From NCBI RefSeq assembly GCF_006345805.1, contig NC_042998.1, positions 22,940,001-23,004,000 of the forward strand: DNA of 64,000 nucleotides. The letters are read 5' to 3'. The stretch comes from Octopus sinensis. Taxonomy: Eukaryota. The position numbers were made by a program, and so were the translations under genes. Positions 63,068 to 64,000 of this stretch are shown here, one piece after another; within the stretch, counting starts at the first letter, position 1; every line of letters begins with the position of its first letter. Under the pieces are notes generated by a model. It searched no databases, was not told where the DNA came from, and worked only from the letters and a program-made list of their open reading frames with translations.

Positions 63068-63514
63068 CTCCTTCTCTTCTGCTTCCACCACCACCTCCTC
63101 CTCCTCCTCCACCACCACCACCAACAACAACAACAGCAGCAGCAGCAATAACAACAACAACAGCGGCAGAATTAACAGCGACAACAGCGGCAGAATTAAC
63201 AGCGACAACATCATCGTCATCATCGTCGTCGTCATCATCATCATCATCATCGTCATCATCATCAGTAGTAGTAGCAGCAGCAGCAGAGTCAATAAATGAA
63301 TTAGTTGGGCTCGCCAATCAATCGGGGTCAGAAAGTACTGAACCTATAGAGTCTGTCTTTGTGGTGTCCTTAGAAGACAAGGAACTTTCGTCTGTGGAAG
63401 GTACCTGTGCAAAAAAAATGGAAGGTACCTGTGCGAAAAAAACGGAAGGAAATGCTTCTTCAAATAAAAGTAATTTTTCTTGTAAAATTTGTCATAGAGA
63501 ATTCACTCAAAAAG
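63068..63514 (+). CDS. AT-hook/ZnF gene coding exon 4 (poly-P/T/A/S tracts, start of C2H2 finger FSCKICHREFTQKG)
   Basis: tcgttttcattacAG|CT CCT...AAA G|GTAATA; 447 nt; phase 1/1. The gene must continue beyond the window. Confidence 0.85.
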
Positions 63515-63584
63515 GTAATATATCTTTGATTTTTTAATATTGTTGTTGTTGTTGTTATTATTATTAGTATTGGTATTATTATTT

Positions 63585-64000
63585 AAGGCGGTGAGCTGGC
63601 AGAATCGTTAGCATGCTGGATGAAATGCTTAGCAGTATTTCACCCATCACTCCATTCTGAGTTCAAATTCTGCCAAGGGCAATTTTGCCTTTCATCCTTT
63701 TGGGGTTGATAAATTATATTTAATATTTTTTTTATGGGGATTTTGCCAGTGTATTGCTACCGATCCTTATTTTTGCTGCCATCTTGTGGAAGGGGGACAA
63801 CAAGAATGGATATATATATATATATCATCATCGTTTAACGTCCGCTTTCCATGCTTGCATGGGTTGGACGGTTTTGACTGAGGGCTGGCAAACCAAATGG
63901 CTGCACCAGGCTCCAATCTTGATTTGGCTGAGTTTCTACAGTTGGATGCCCTTCCTAACTCCAACCACTCCGAGAGTGTAGTCGGTGCTTTTTATGTGCC
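63585..64000. mobile_element. Family B head (63585-63720 +) and family C (63826-64000 -)
   Basis: Family motifs. Confidence 0.75.

Noticed and set aside
63048-63317. Poly-Asp/poly-Gly minus-strand ORF
   Set aside because: Antisense of the triplet-repeat exon; the + frame has the splice sites and the zinc finger.

Overview
This is AT-rich, intron- and repeat-dominated eukaryotic DNA. The SINE, microsatellite and Helitron content looks like an octopus (coleoid cephalopod) genome; that is an inference from repeat-family resemblance, not a database result. Almost all short ORFs in the track are microsatellite or SINE artefacts. Real content: (1) a + strand spliced nuclear-protein gene with four phase-compatible coding exons (36098-37185, 52534-52667, 60677-60721, 63068-63514). 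It encodes an NLS (PKKRKV), an AT-hook (RRPGRPRK) and the start of a C2H2 finger, and probably has a non-coding first exon and ETS/YY1 promoter near 25.4-25.6 kb. (2) A young, apparently non-autonomous Ty3/gypsy-type LTR element (42900-47433, minus) whose whole internal region is one 663-aa ORF, with the RT catalytic core deleted in frame and a 103-aa internal duplication. (3) Three sequence-unrelated minimal type I hammerhead-ribozyme-like motifs on the minus strand (6209-6259 with a G3-C8 swap, 55341-55384, 62590-62683), two of them inside long palindromes resembling inverted Penelope-like pseudo-LTRs. (4) Dozens of SINE, LINE, mariner, hAT, piggyBac-type and Helitron fragments, often nested.
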